The notes below the pieces were generated by a model. That model did not search any database. It was not told where the DNA came from and saw only the letters and a program-made list of their open reading frames with translations. A stretch of DNA of 63,899 bases, the filler included, from Squatina squatina (Eukaryota), in the NCBI GenBank assembly GCA_031763465.1. It is 4 parts of 3 records of this genome, joined end to end, with 100 filler letters (N's around TTAATTAATTAA, not from the genome) between each part and the next. Parts side by side here need not be neighbours in the genome. Positions count along the whole stretch, not along the records: positions 14,326 to 33,219 come from JARFOE010000176.1; positions 33,320 to 51,227 come from JARFOE010000168.1; 2 more parts are not named here. One strand, given 5' to 3'. A program made the position numbers and the translations under genes. Shown here piece by piece: positions 24,671 through 36,023 of this stretch. Numbering within the stretch: position 1 is the stretch's first letter; each line of letters opens with the position of its first letter.

Positions 24671-25548
24671 TGATACAGTGCTCATGACCAAAAGGTGAAC
24701 CAATCATTTCTCTTTTCAGGACCTGTTGTGTATTTTCAGCATTTTCTGTCATGTCGCTTTTCATAGTGTGTGTCCAGCTCCTTTCCCCTTGATGCTGGAA
24801 AACAGCTTACCATTTCAGAGTGTAATTTCTTTTTGAAGCAACAAAAGACTGCTCTCCAAGGTGACCCCGTGTCCAGCACTCTCAGTGTCAAGATGTGCTG
24901 GGTTTTTTTTCCCCTTTGGGTCCTCATTTCTTTAATGTATGCAGGCAGAAGGTGGCCTGTCTGGTGCCAAGTAATTTGTTTGTTTAAAAAAAAAATTATA
25001 CAAGAGTACAATTTCCATCAATGTCAAGTTGTTATTGTCCCTTAAAATCAACCTTGTAGCATGACTTAATTGCAATTGGTGGATTAAAAATATCATGAAT
25101 GGTTTTAAATATCCTAGCATTCTTCTCAGATTGCACCAGACTGAATATTAATAACTCCCTACTGTTGTCTAAATTACAGCAGATTCATATTTAGCAGTAA
25201 ATACGTGAGATCGGCAATTATTAGTCAAACCTTCTAGGAGGTACTTTACATGAATTGTAGCAGAAGCATTGAGAGTAACTTACAATGGCAGTGTTAGCGG
25301 CATATATAAGTGTAAGTTGATGATGGTGCTGGTGGAAATCATGACTGACACTGGAACACCATTATTGATAGAACTAGTGGTCACCCATTCAAGCTAAGGA
25401 AGGAAAGGGGTGAGGTGGGACCACCAGAAGTTTTACTTTCCCCGGAGGNNNNNNNNNNNNNNNNNNNNNNNNNNNNNNNNNNNNNNNNNNNNNNNNNNNN
25501 NNNNNNNNNNNNNNNNNNNNNNNNNNNNNNNNNNNNNNNNNNNNNNNN

Positions 25549-26050
25549 GATCAATGGTGACCCCCATGACGTTGATAGTTGGGAGGAATTTGGCAATGAG
25601 GTGGTTATTGTCTGGCATTTTTGTGATGCAAATGTAACTTGCCACTCATCAGACCAAGCCTTCAAGTTGTCCAGGCTTTGCTGTGTGAGGGCATGGGCTG
25701 CTTCATTATCTAAGGAATTGCAAATGAAGCTGAACACTGTGTAATCATTAGCCCAACTTCGATCCTTATAATGGAGGGAAGGTCTTGATGGAGCAGCTGA
25801 AGATAGGATGTTAGGATGCTGCCCTGAGAAACTCCTGAAGCAATGTCCTGGGGCTGAAATAATTTCTCTTCCACAACCAAAACCACCTTCCTGTGTACCA
25901 GCCACTCGAGAGTTTCCACCACATCCCACCATTTACTAGTTTATCAGGCTACTTGGTGCCACACTCAGTCACATACTGCTTTGATGTCAAGGCACGTCAC
26001 TCTCACCTCGCCTCTGCAATTCAGCTCTTTTTGTCCCTATTTGGACCAAT
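25549..26050 (-). mobile_element. CR1-clade LINE reverse-transcriptase fragment
   Basis: ASGVSQGSIL, DLPSII, ANDYTVF (degenerate FADD), QQSLDNLKAWSDEWQVTFASQKCQ, INVMGVTID; frameshifted. Confidence 0.85.
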
Positions 26051-26224
26051 GAGGTCACATCATTGGAGGTCAAATCAGTAAATGTAAGCTGCACAAAAGC
26101 TAAATCCAACAATCCTTACTGCATTTTCACTGGGAAGTCTGTGTGCATCTGGGAGGGAGGAGGCAATCGTTGGCTCCTTGCTGGTACCTTGTCTCATTTT
26201 AAAGTCAGCTCACAGCTCAAGATC

Positions 26225-26395
26225 TAATTCCTGATCAGTATCTAATGATCCCTGCTGGAACTGCACACGTGCAGACATTGGCTGAACACAGAACCACACT
26301 CAATTCGGCTGCCTCCCACCGCTTATTTGTCTACTGACACTGACTGTCTAGCCTCACACACGCGCAGTGGCCACTTTGCAAGGTAACTGAAGGCA
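26225..26395 (+). mobile_element. LF-SINE-like shark SINE body
   Basis: cctgatcagtatctaatgatccctgctggaa...ctgacactgactgtctagcctcacac..tggccactt (recalled family similarity). Confidence 0.5.
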
Positions 26396-26854
26396 ACAAA
26401 CTCCCTTGAGTCCATGCCCTATCAAGACACCAGCATCTGGGGGAAAAGGAGCAAAAGGGAGACAATTGTCCGAAAACCGTGGATGAAAATGGAATGAAAA
26501 TCATCGTAAAGTTTAACTTCCTGTGCAGAAGCAAGCAAGCATTTTATCTAAACTCACATGTAGATGTGTGTTGTCCAACAGGATTTTCTAGTTATTGGAA
26601 CTTACTCAAAAATTAAATTAAGAAATGTTTGCCAAATTAAAAAAAAATGAATGTGGCAGTATGGTAATAAGTTGCTAAATGAGGCAGTAAATAACATGGA
26701 ACAAGAATAGCAGTCACATTAATTGAAGCCCTGCAGATGGTGAGTGTAATAATATTTAATGAACCCGATACAAAAGAGAGATTGTCCAGCTAGTCACCAG
26801 ATGGATATTTCAGCAAATGTGATTTGTCAGTGAATGGCACATTATGTATTTTAA

Positions 26855-27262
26855 ACAAAGACTTGCATTTACATAGCGCCTTTCACAACCTCAGAACGTC
26901 GCAAATGGCTTTACAGCCAATGATTCATAGAATCATAGATGGTTACAGGGCATTGGTGAGACCACACCTTGAGTATTGTGTGCAGTTTTGGTCTCCTTAT
27001 CTGAGGAAGGATGTTCTTGCNNNNNNNNNNNNNNNNNNNNNNNNNNNNNNNNNNNNNNNNNNNNNNNNNNNNNNNNNNNNNNNNNNNNNNNNNNNNNNNN
27101 NNNNNNNNNNNNNNNNNNNNCTGGTCACTATCATATTGCTGTTGGTGGGAGCTTGCTGTGCACAAATGGCTGTCATGCTTCCTATAATACAACACTGACT
27201 ACACTTCAGAAGTACTTCAGTGGCTGTAAAGTGCTTTGGGGCATTGTGAAAGGCACTGTATG
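26855..27262. mobile_element. Cluster: SINE tail (-), CR1 tail (-), CR1 ORF2 piece (+), gap, SINE 3' half (+)
   Basis: [21 protein letters not shown] is a canonical CR1 ORF2 C-terminal motif; SINE pieces match other copies. Confidence 0.8.
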
Positions 27263-28339
27263 AGTTCTTTCATTGAACTTGCCTGCAAAGTCAGAGACTG
27301 TGTTTCTGCCAAGAGTGTAAGATGCACGCCTAAATAATAACATTAATGACAAGGTCGTTCAGTTTTAATTTTAAAAAAGCTCAGAACAGCACAGGCACCA
27401 CTAGAAAGATAAAAAATCATTTATTATGTGTCAGACGTAGATTCCAGTGTCAAATACAATGTACAAATTAAGCCCTTGTAGCTGAACGGAAAGACAATGA
27501 TTGGGGAGCCTGAGATTACAATGCCTTGATCCTAAGTTTAGATTCCTCAAAGGGCCTTTGAACATTTCTAAGCAGTTGATGTCGTGTCCAAAGGAAGGGA
27601 GAAGTAGATAAATTATATTAGGATGTTGTGCAGTACTTGCTACCAAGCAGGGCTCTCATTAGTGGTGTAAGATATACAGGAGGTCCGTGACCTACTCAAG
27701 GCAGAAAGCCTGGGTTTCATTGAGTAAACTGAATAATTTCCAAGACATAGTTTAATTACTGTAACCCTTTCACTCACCTTTTTCCTATTTAACAATTATG
27801 CATTGGACAGCCTGTTCCCAGGAGGAGCTGTGCATGGAATCAAACTCTGTCAACGTGTTACAGATAGAAGAACGATTGCTACGGAGCCATCATATCGTCT
27901 GATAAATTAGTGGCTTATTTGTTTAATGAGGAACGACTTCACTGAGAAATGTTACGTTCAGAATCATTAGACACGGCAGAGCAGCTCCTGCACAGTTTTC
28001 GAAAGATCTTGGTGTTTGGTCTAGTACATTAGACCGATTTACACCACACTCTATTAATTTGCAGTGGATTATTTTTGAATCTTGCACCTTCTTGACTTCT
28101 GAAATGGCTCAGCATATTGTGTGGCATGTTCATGTACACACTAATTAAAGCAGCCTATCAGCCGGGCTCCCTTGTATCAACATTTTCCACCAGCTATAAT
28201 TATTAAATCGTTGTTGGAGCTTGCAGTTCTTGAAGATTGNNNNNNNNNNNNNNNNNNNNNNNNNNNNNNNNNNNNNNNNNNNNNNNNNNNNNNNNNNNNN
28301 NNNNNNNNNNNNNNNNNNNNNNNNNNNNNNNNNNNNNNN

Positions 28340-28610
28340 TCATCATCTATGTCTACCCTAGCTGAGAGGAGGCTCCCAAGGTTTGTAAAGTGATCCACAT
28401 TGTCCAGGGGCTTGCTGTGGATCTTGATAGTACGGGGACAGTGTTGTGCAGTGGGATCAGGCTGGTAAAGGACCTTTGGATGTTTAGCGTAAGGCCTATT
28501 CTCGCACATGCCTCAGTGAATGAATCAACGATGGTTTGGAGCTCTGCCTCCGATTGTGCACACAGGCAAGCGTCATCTGCGTACTGCAACTCAAATAGTA
28601 TTACGTAGCT
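28340..28610 (-). mobile_element. RTE-clade LINE reverse-transcriptase fragment
   Basis: ELQYADDACLCAQSEAELQTIVDSFTEACARIGLTLNI / KVLYQP..LDNVDHFTNLGSLLS..DIDD, with YADD catalytic motif and one frameshift. Confidence 0.88.
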
Positions 28611-29407
28611 ATCCTCCACTCACTGCTTGGTGCTGAAGAGATAGCCCTTTTGTAATTGGGAGACTCTGTTTGCTGTAGTTTCAGTCAGGTGTTTGGAGGT
28701 TTTGTAAATTAAACCCACAAAACCCTTGCCACCTCCAACCCACTGGCTGACACCACAGTGTTAATATTCATATTTTGTTAAATGATTGGCGGGTCTGTTG
28801 GGCAATAGGAAGGAGCCATGTTCCACTGCTCCAAGGGCCACTCTCGGGTCCCAGTTGCATGATATCTCTGACATGGTTGGAACTGTGGATTCCGCCTCCT
28901 TGACATTAGCAAGCGGCAGTGGCAGGAATATTGAACTCCATACTACTAACGGGACAAACATTGTCACTGTAAAAGCATCATTCTTACAGACACCCTCCAG
29001 CCACCGTTAGCCGCTCAGTGACAGTGCGATGCCATGAGTTAGTTTCCCTAGTACGTGCTACCGATGAATTACCTGGGTCCAGCAACACATGCAACTAACA
29101 CATCATTGATGGCTTTCCTTACCTCGTGTAGGGAACAATTTAATTCATGAATATGCAGTTGGCTTGTAATCCTCAGCAAGTCATTACTTATTTATATGCA
29201 AACTACCCGAGCTCAGGGCATGACTCTTTCATTCTGTCTCAATCCTCTGTGTCCAGAATGTTTGAGAAAGATGGGTGGCTGTTGGAAGATAAGCGCAAGG
29301 AATTAAGTCGTAGCTGATGACTCCACTACATAATTCACCAGATCCTGCAGAACACATATAATGAGGTGCGTAAAGCTACGGATGCAAGGCAGTGCAGATT
29401 GGAGATT

Positions 29408-29616
29408 CCTTCCCTAAACCTCTCTGCCTCCCAGTCTTCACCTCTCTCTCCTCCTTTAAGACGCTCCGTAAAACCTACCTCTTTGACTAAGGTTTTGCTC
29501 ACCTGTCCTAACATCTCCTCGTGTGGTTTGGTGTCAAATTCGGTCTGACAATGCTCCTCTGAAGCACCTTGGGAGTTTTTTTACTACATTAAAGGCGCTA
29601 TAATAAATACAAGTTT
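29408..29616 (+). mobile_element. L2-clade LINE 3' end with tail
   Basis: ttccctaaacctctctgcctc..tcctttaagacgctcc.taaaacctacctctttgac...gaagcaccttggga..actacattaaaggcgctata.taaatacaag. Confidence 0.85.
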
Positions 29617-29811
29617 ATGTCGAGATAAGCTTACACTATTCCAGCCCAGGTTCTCCGACTTGCACTCTCTGCAAGGGTGGCTCCCCGCCAGGAGTACAGC
29701 AGGGCAGAATTAGCTCTCGCGTGCTCTGGAGGTTGTTGCCAGTTCACTCAAAGCATGCAGGTGGCGTCAGCTCTCGATGTTGCATGTGCCCATTTCATCG
29801 CATCATCTAAG

Positions 29812-29922
29812 GGAAAGACTTGCATTTCTATAGCGCCTTTCACAGCCTCAGGGTGTCCCAAAGTGCTTGAAAGCCTCTGAAGTACCTTTGAAGTGTAGTC
29901 GCTGTTGTATTGTAGGAAGGCA
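29812..29922 (-). mobile_element. Deu-domain SINE 3' tail
   Basis: gaaagacttgcatttctatagcgcctttcacagcctcaggg. Confidence 0.8.
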
Positions 29923-29924
29923 TC

Positions 29925-30180
29925 TTGCCACATTCTCCTCTGCATGTCTCTATTTTTATCATCAGCAACTTTTCCAGGCAGTTAAAAACCCCAACAAGTG
30001 AGTTCATCATAATTAGCCTCACTCTTTCTAGCTTTTCTGATATTAGTTCTCGCACCCTCTCATTCGTAATCCTTCTTGTCCAACTGATGTTCCCTACCTG
30101 TCTACAGCACCAGAACTCAAAGACCTTCAGACTTCTCCTTGCTCCAGCGTTCAAGGCCTGTACACTTTTCACACTTGTAC
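29925..30180 (-). mobile_element. Decayed RTE-clade LINE ORF C-terminal fragment
   Basis: RRSLKVFEFWCCRQVGNISWTRRITNERV (cf. L.AFE.WC.RR.L.I.W...TNEEV) and LEKLLM. Confidence 0.7.
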
Positions 30181-30186
30181 GCTATT

Positions 30187-30345
30187 GAAAGAAAGACTTA
30201 TATTTATCTAGCGCCTTTCACAACCACAGGATGCCTCAAAGCGCTTTACAGCCAAGTCACTGTAGTCACTGTAGTAATGTGGGAAACACGGCAGCCAATT
30301 TGTGCGCAGCAAGCTGCCACATACAGCAATGTGATATTGGTCAGA
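30187..30345 (-). mobile_element. Deu-domain SINE 3' half
   Basis: gaaagaaagactt..tagcgcctttcacaaccacagg..ggcagccaatttgtgcgcagcaagct. Confidence 0.8.
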
Positions 30346-30504
30346 TAAAACATGCAGCGCACAACAGAACTCATGCCAGCAGAGACCTGGTATGCGTCCT
30401 CTTGAGCACTTCTAAAAACCCCAAATCTTCACCAGAGTAAGGTTTTCTCTGCAGCAGGGAGCTGATTATTCTCTCTAGTCGGAGTTGCACCAGTCGAGGA
30501 TGAA

Positions 30505-30960
30505 GGGGGGAGTTTTAACCCCCAAGGATGTGTGGGTTGGGGCAGGTGGGAAGGTAAAATTTTTCAAATTCTCTAACCCAAACCCAACCTGCCTCCAACC
30601 TGTCAACTTATGGTTTTAACAGAAGCAGATCACAGGACAGGAAACCAACCCATTCCCAGGAGGCTGCTCAGTCACTGAAATCTTTTAAGCAGGCTGCGAG
30701 CGTCCATTTTAACCGAATATGAATTTTTAGCGCATGGAGGCTGGTATTCCCGGTACTTGGGAATCTTGGCAGATAAAATGTGTCGAAAAGGGCTGGATTG
30801 ATTAGGTAAGTGCCTTCACAACACTGCTTTGGTGGGACAGGAGGAGCAGGAGTGTTTCCCCAAGGTCGAACAAACTAACCTTCATGAGATCGGAACCCAC
30901 AATCAGCCAACACCCCCCAACACTACCCATCCCACCCCCCAGACTGTGATGTCTGTATCC
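30505..30960. mobile_element. MITE/Harbinger-like non-autonomous element arm
   Basis: Starts GGGGGAGTTTTAACCCC with G-rich/C-rich inverted subterminal tracts; interrupted by CR1 at about 30992; partner end not seen. Confidence 0.45.
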
Positions 30961-30991
30961 TACCCGCAATGTCCGTCTCTCCATGATGCAT

Positions 30992-31440
30992 GATAGAAAT
31001 TTACGGCACAGAAGGAAGCCATTCGGCCCATTGTGTCTGTGCTCGCCCAAAAAGAGCTTTTCAGCCGAATCCCACTTTGCAGCTCTTGGTCCGTGGCCTT
31101 ATAGGTAGCGGCACTTCAAGTGTGTAACCATAAATGTGATCAGGGTTTCTGCCTCTACCACCNNNNNNNNNNNNNNNNNNNNNNNNNNNNNNNNNNNNNN
31201 NNNNNNNNNNNNNNNNNNNNNNNNNNNNNNNNNNNNNNNNNNNNNNNNNNNNNNNNNNNNNNGACGAATGGCACAGATGTATTTAAGGGGAAGCTAGATA
31301 TGTACATAAGGGAGAACGGAATAGAAGGGTATGCAGATAAGGTGAGATGAAGTAGAATGGAAGAGGTTCGTGTGGAGCATAAACACCGACTCAGACCATG
31401 AATGGACGAATGGCCTGTTTCAGTGCTGTAAACTCTACGT
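30992..31440. mobile_element. Two CR1 3' ends in opposite orientation flanking a gap
   Basis: atagaaatttacggcacagaagg..gccattcggccc (-) and FKGKLD..atggcctgtttcagtgctgta (+). Confidence 0.8.
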
Positions 31441-33219
31441 AATATTTACGTTTCTGAATTCCGCCACGGCTGTTCCGTTGAAAGACTAAGCTGGCCGATC
31501 GGGAAGCCCACTGCACAGCTTGCTCTACAAGTGCTGCTTCACAAGCCTCTTCGTGCTTGGCTGGTGGAAAGGGTCAGCTGAGCAAAAACTGCTCGCCGAG
31601 CAGAGTTGCAACAAAGCGCTTAAAACACAATTAGCGCCTGGAAAATATTCTTCCGCGTGTTTAATAATGACTTTGCACTCTCATGCCATCCGGCGCACAG
31701 AATCCAGAACAGTGTCTTGCCTTTGCGCATGGATGGTCATGAGAAGTTAGGAGATGATTGATCATGCTGCATTGGGACCTGTTTTTAATACGCGTGGTAT
31801 TTAAATAGGGAAGCAGCCATTGACTTTGTAATCCCCTGTGCAACACTTGTCCTATCACAGTAGGAGAAGGAAAAGTCAAGTACAGTATTTGTCAGTATGT
31901 CATGCTTATCTGCCACTGTCCCTAAAGGCAGAATGCTGTCAACGTATTTGGCTTCCAGCTAGTCAGCTTGCTGATGTTATTGTACAAGCTCCCCAGGGGA
32001 GGAATTGAGAAGGACTTTTGCATTCAACTGAAGGCACAGATTTCAGCTACACTTCACAGGCACCTGATTGCTAGAGACAAACTGACTGACTGAAACATGG
32101 CTTGGAATATAGTAACATAAACATGCAGTAATGTGTTTTGTCACCGGCAATCACGGATTTAAAAGGCTTGCTCACAGGTGAATAAGCAAAATGAATGGCA
32201 AATCTGTGGCTTGTTTTCAAATGTTAACGGCTTGCATAAACAGTGTGTTTTGCCTTGCAGAAACGTGTTCAAAACATGAGCTCCTCACCTCCCCCATCAG
32301 TCATATGTGCAGACGCTGTGTAGCATGAAGAGCCTTGTAAAATGTGCATAGCTGAGGAGAAAGCAAATGTGCTAATCCTTTGCCAGAATAACGTTTAAGA
32401 GAAACGTTTATTTTTCTCTGATAAAGTGATCTCTTAAATGCATCGCTGTCTGTCTCTTTTGTTACCCCTATGAAATNNNNNNNNNNNNNNNNNNNNNNNN
32501 NNNNNNNNNNNNNNNNNNNNNNNNNNNNNNNNNNNNNNNNNNNNNNNNNNNNNNNNNNNNNNNNNNNNNNNNNNNNTGTCAGTCTCTGGCCACGTTCATG
32601 CTAAAAAGAAACTTTCTTGCTTTTTTTTAATAATAAATCTTGAATGTAAAAGTGCACAAAGGCATTTCCTATAGCAGTGTATAATTGTATCGTGGCAGAA
32701 AGAGTGATTTCAAGGTATACGCTTGGAAAATGACCCCTTGTAATGATCAAATTTACATATATAAATGCTGATAGCATAAAACAGATAATGTGCTGCAGGT
32801 ATCATCACAATAGGTTGTCTCTCACTGACATCAAGGCCTGCTGGAAACATATAATTATGCAAATCAGAATATTACCACTTCCTCATTACTGTCATGGTAG
32901 TGAGGGTAAAAACATATCCTCCACAGACAATTTATTTGCTGGGCTGGATGCCAGAGTGTTTGGTTTTGCTGACAATGATATCTGAGTCAACAAAAATAGG
33001 CTATGATAGTAATGCATCAGCTAGATATCTATCAAGGCAGCTCCAAGGCTTTGCGAAACCCATATCTTCAGTCAATATTAGCACCAGCGCCGAACTGTGT
33101 GTTTCTTTCCATTTCTAGTACAAATTGGGCCGACCACCCATCGACAGTACCCCTCAAAATTGAATGGCAGTTATATCTTTGTTCACTTTTGCACATCTTT
33201 CGCCTTTCTACACCTCGCT

Positions 33220-33319
33220 NNNNNNNNNNNNNNNNNNNNNNNNNNNNNNNNNNNNNNNNNNNNTTAATTAATTAANNNNNNNNNNNNNNNNNNNNNNNNN
33301 NNNNNNNNNNNNNNNNNNN
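33220..33319. other. Artificial scaffold linker
   Basis: TTAATTAATTAA at 33264-33275 between two 44-N runs. Confidence 0.95.
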
Positions 33320-33486
33320 AAGTGAGAGCAATTAAATAACTTGAGACTACCTTTCGTGCCCCATTATTTTTGTTAATATTTCTCTCTTCCTTTTTCAGTT
33401 TGCCTCATGCAAGGCATCATCTCACAGTCAGGCTACAGTACTGAGCACAAGGTGTCCAACCAGCTGGAGAGAGAAAAGTAGCTGAG

Positions 33487-33503
33487 ACCGCCATCTGCAG
33501 GCC
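33487..33503 (-). promoter_or_regulatory. CTCF-like motif
   Basis: GGCCTGCAGATGGCGGT resembles the CCASYAGRKGGCR consensus; motif match only. Confidence 0.35.
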
Positions 33504-34153
33504 CATTTCAACTCCAGCAGCATGCAATACTGGCTCATCATTGTACCTGGAGTAGTGGAGATGTCAGTTCTCCTGGGCAAAGCCTAACTTTTGGCCATGG
33601 GAAGATACAGGGAAAGAAAATGGAGGTAAAATACAGAAATACGAAGCAACTAATATATTTTGTTACAGATTTGTGATAAAAATGGCATTACATGGCTATC
33701 AATAAAGTAACAGTTTGTTTAAAAAAAACTTGACTGGTTCACTCTAATTGCACCACTCACTCACTGGACGTGCTGCAGTAAGGTGTTTGTGGTCACTTTA
33801 AGGGAGCATGAGGGTGTGCAGGTTTGCACAAAGGAAATTTTGGAGTAATGCGGGCACCTATTTCCAAATCCTTTCTGTGAAGAAATTATCAAAAAAATCC
33901 TAAAATGTCATCTAAGCCAAATTATTAAAAAAAGCTGGCTGATTTTTTTTGACGTGTAGTAAATTCACAACGTTAATTCCACTGGACTTAATAGAATAGC
34001 TCCTTTCACAGCTTTCTCTGAAAGCTGACCTCTGCTGGCCGTTGTTGAGCTACACTGTGGCCACTGAAATTCAAACACATATTGCAGATAAAGGATCGTC
34101 AAGTTCCCATTCCAAGCCTGTTGGATATGCTGTCGTTTGGTTTTTGGACTTAC

Positions 34154-34308
34154 TCATCTCCAATCGCTGTTGCCTCAGGGTCAGTTGGAGGGACTATGAA
34201 ACAAACAGCGGGAGCCTTCTGCTTCTGACCAGCTGTATCAGACACCTCCCAGTGGGTTCCATTGATGTTCTTGTTCAGCGTGTACCTCTCCCCACGCTGG
34301 ATGTGTGT
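34154..34308 (-). CDS. PPL: Periplakin, SH3-domain exon
   Basis: Pyrimidine tract + AG, 155 nt, GTAAGT donor; THIQRGERYTLNKNINGTHWEVSDTAGQKQKAPAVCFIVPPTDPEATAIGD matches the plakin SH3 (APAVCF.IPPTDPEA); not in the ORF track. Confidence 0.92.
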
Positions 34309-34607
34309 CTATCAGAAGGGAGGACAAAGAATGATTTGCTAACAAATACTCACTTCTCAAATCAGGTTAAAACAGCTAACATTTCACAGGGGAAATATTT
34401 TTGCCTTTCTGTTCTCCATATCATGTGGAGTTCACTAATCAATTTGCTGGTAGACAATCTGTTGCTTCCAATGACANNNNNNNNNNNNNNNNNNNNNNNN
34501 NNNNNNNNNNNNNNNNNNNNNNNNNNNNNNNNNNNNNNNNNNNNNNNNNNNNNNNNNNNNNNNNNNNNNNNNNNNNTGGGATTACTTTAATTGAAATGAG
34601 TCCTAAC

Positions 34608-34725
34608 AATCGACCTAAAACGTTAACTCAGTTTTTCTCTCCGCAGATGCTACCTGGCCTGTTGAGTGTTTCCAGCATTTTCTTTTTTATTTCAGATTTC
34701 CAGAATCTGCAGTCTTTTGTTTCCA
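34608..34725 (+). mobile_element. Terminal fragment of a Penelope-associated shark repeat
   Basis: tcgacctaaaacgttaactc..ctctccgcagatgctacctggcctgttgagtgtttccagcattt..atttcagatttccag, a recalled abundant chondrichthyan repeat; 5'-truncated. Confidence 0.55.
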
Positions 34726-34969
34726 ATGTTATTTAACATCACTTTAAATAGCATTCCAACATCCCTGAAGGATCACTCCTGAGGTACAAGATTATGGGGA
34801 TTTAGTCCGCTTTAAGACACCAGGAACAAATATCTGTATGAATATTTACTCTGCAGTGCAGGAGTTAGACTTTACGGATTGTATAGCATGCCTGGTGTCC
34901 TGTAATAATGTACAGTATGTTCCCCCACTGCAGTCAAGAAGCCTGTCACCTGCTGACTGCTAGCCTTAC

Positions 34970-35095
34970 CTGGTCTTCATTCTTGTTGATGTGATCCCCA
35001 ATTGTCTCAACCTCTTTAACAAAGAGATGATGGTGTTCCAATTGCTGATCAACAAATGGTAGCTCATTGCCAAAGCCTTGGTTGTTCAGTTCTGC
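34970..35095 (-). CDS. PPL: Periplakin, plakin-domain spectrin-repeat exon
   Basis: ccttcag acceptor, 126 nt phase 0-0, GTAAGG donor; AELNNQGFGNELPFVDQQLEHHHLFVKEVETIGDHINKNEDQ vs recalled periplakin LNNQSFGTDLPLVDHQVEEHNIFHNEVKAIGPHL. Confidence 0.92.
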
Positions 35096-35590
35096 CTGAA
35101 GGAGTAAATGGACATTGGTAAGATGCAAAGGAGGCATCTGAACTTGCAGNNNNNNNNNNNNNNNNNNNNNNNNNNNNNNNNNNNNNNNNNNNNNNNNNNN
35201 NNNNNNNNNNNNNNNNNNNNNNNNNNNNNNNNNNNNNNNNNNNNNNNNNTAATCAGACAGATTGGGGAGAGGCTAAGACAACAGCCGACAGGTAGCCCGA
35301 TCAGTAACCTGTATACCAACAGGAGGACAGGGAACGATCGGCGAGGAGCTGCATTATTACTGTACTTAGTTCGATAACATTTACATTCAGAATCTATTGT
35401 ACAAATTGATCGTCCTTTAAGGAAAACCCGGTGCTGAATATTTTTAAAATCTGAAATTAATGGGAACTTGGTAAGTTTATTATCTAACGTCACTTTTTCT
35501 TAAAATACATAAAATATTGAATGTACACTTATCAATAACTAAAACGCATTTTAAAAATGCACGCTTACAAATAAATAGTGCAGCACTTAC

Positions 35591-35634
35591 TTGGTGTTGG
35601 TGGGAGTTATGTTCTTGGATTTCTTTTTAAACAT
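35591..35634 (-). CDS. PPL: Periplakin, first coding exon
   Basis: GCCAAGATG start, MFKKKSKNITPTNT + AA, perfect GTAAGT donor; basic N-terminus as in periplakin; correct order upstream of the other PPL exons and downstream of a CpG-rich promoter. Confidence 0.8.
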
Positions 35635-35799
35635 CTTGGCTGTCCCTGAAAGGTGGTTTCACGGGCAGATGATACGTTAAATCCTTATCCTCCACAGTCA
35701 CTGTGCTGGAGTTTTGGAAGGCTAGCCTGGGTTGATAAAGAGAGCTCTGCCTTTTCCTGTCTGGAGCGCAGCAGACAGTATGTCAAGTGAGCGAATGGC

Positions 35800-36023
35800 G
35801 ATCTCACCTGTTGTCTTGTCCTCCGCCTTGCGACACTTAACCTACCAGTTCCAGCAGTGATTGACAGGAGCTGCTGCCCAGGACCCGCCCAATTAAGTCC
35901 CCACCTCTTCGCCCGATTGGTCGCCGCTCTGTCTGGTTCCATTGTTGCGCAGCAACCTGCCTCGATTGACGCTCCGCGATTCCACCTCTTGTTCTATTGG
36001 TGGGATCCGCGGTGCAGCCCTGC
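35800..36023 (-). promoter_or_regulatory. CpG-rich proximal promoter of PPL
   Basis: GC box (35884-35890), CCAAT boxes (35916-35920, 35996-36000, plus an inverted one at 35889-35893), CAGGTG E-box near 35805, locally high CpG. Confidence 0.65.

Noticed and set aside
34042-34590. 182-aa plus-strand ORF
   Set aside because: Antisense to the PPL SH3 exon and extended through a gap.
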